A stretch of DNA of 61,372 bases, filler included, from Sphacelaria rigidula (Eukaryota): the NCBI GenBank assembly GCA_964200075.2. It is 7 parts of 7 records of this genome, joined end to end, with 100 filler letters (N's around TTAATTAATTAA, not from the genome) between each part and the next. Parts side by side here need not be neighbours in the genome. Positions count along the whole stretch, not along the records: positions 52,692 to 61,372 come from CAXNAA020010398.1; 6 more parts are not named here. One strand, written 5' to 3'. The notes beneath the pieces are model-generated. The model did not search any database, had not been told where the DNA came from, and worked only from the letters and a program-made list of their open reading frames with translations. Positions within the stretch are counted from its first letter, which is position 1; every line of letters begins with the position of its first letter. This document shows, piece after piece, positions 61,286-61,372 of the stretch. The position numbers and the translations under genes are program-made.

Positions 61286-61372
61286 ACCAACTAGACTAAT
61301 GACCAAGTCAGCGCTGACTTGTCAGTAGTCTAGTTGGTTGTCAGCGCTGACTTGGTCATTAGTCTAGTTGGT
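61286..61372. repeat. Perfect 33-bp inverted repeat with nested palindromes at the contig end
   Basis: ACCAACTAGACTAATGACCAAGTCAGCGCTGAC and its exact reverse complement ending at 61372. Confidence 0.9.

Noticed and set aside
1..61372. tRNA/rRNA genes, or Fanzor/TnpB, Cas or intact transposase genes
   Set aside because: No cloverleaf, rRNA-like block, RuvC-like or intact DDE ORF recognised by eye. tRNAscan-SE, Infernal and HMM scans would be needed to exclude them fully.

Overview
This window is eukaryotic DNA and is not one locus. It is seven unrelated contigs of 8682, 8682, 8682, 8682, 8682, 8681 and 8681 bp, joined by artificial 100-bp spacers (N44-TTAATTAATTAA-N44), so adjacency across spacers means nothing. 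Short GT-AG exons in long, transposon-filled introns, an axonemal dynein gene and a large FNIP-repeat gene suggest a brown alga or other stramenopile (inference). Genes I can reconstruct by hand: an intronless 24-repeat FNIP/LRR protein (contig 1), a lipocalin-like exon (contig 2), the last two exons of RNA Pol III subunit RPC11/POLR3K (contig 3), a secreted HIPL1/HHIP-like first exon (contig 4), four exons of dynein intermediate chain DNAI1 (contig 6) and five exons of a C2CD5 homologue (contig 7). The rest is mostly mobile DNA: a Copia-like LTR element with a 5-bp TSD, a deleted Ty3/Gypsy element, LINE fragments, an hAT-type element with an 8-bp TSD and several MITE families, some nested. 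I found no rRNA, tRNA or true CRISPR array, and I cannot demonstrate a novel system. The best leads are the FNIP array with position-specific variability, a ~15-unit hairpin-plus-linker tandem array, a possible composite hAT carrying cargo, and a LINE family with almost no 3'UTR, a C-rich end and many ~60-70-bp terminal copies. All protein assignments rest on recalled motifs, not database searches.
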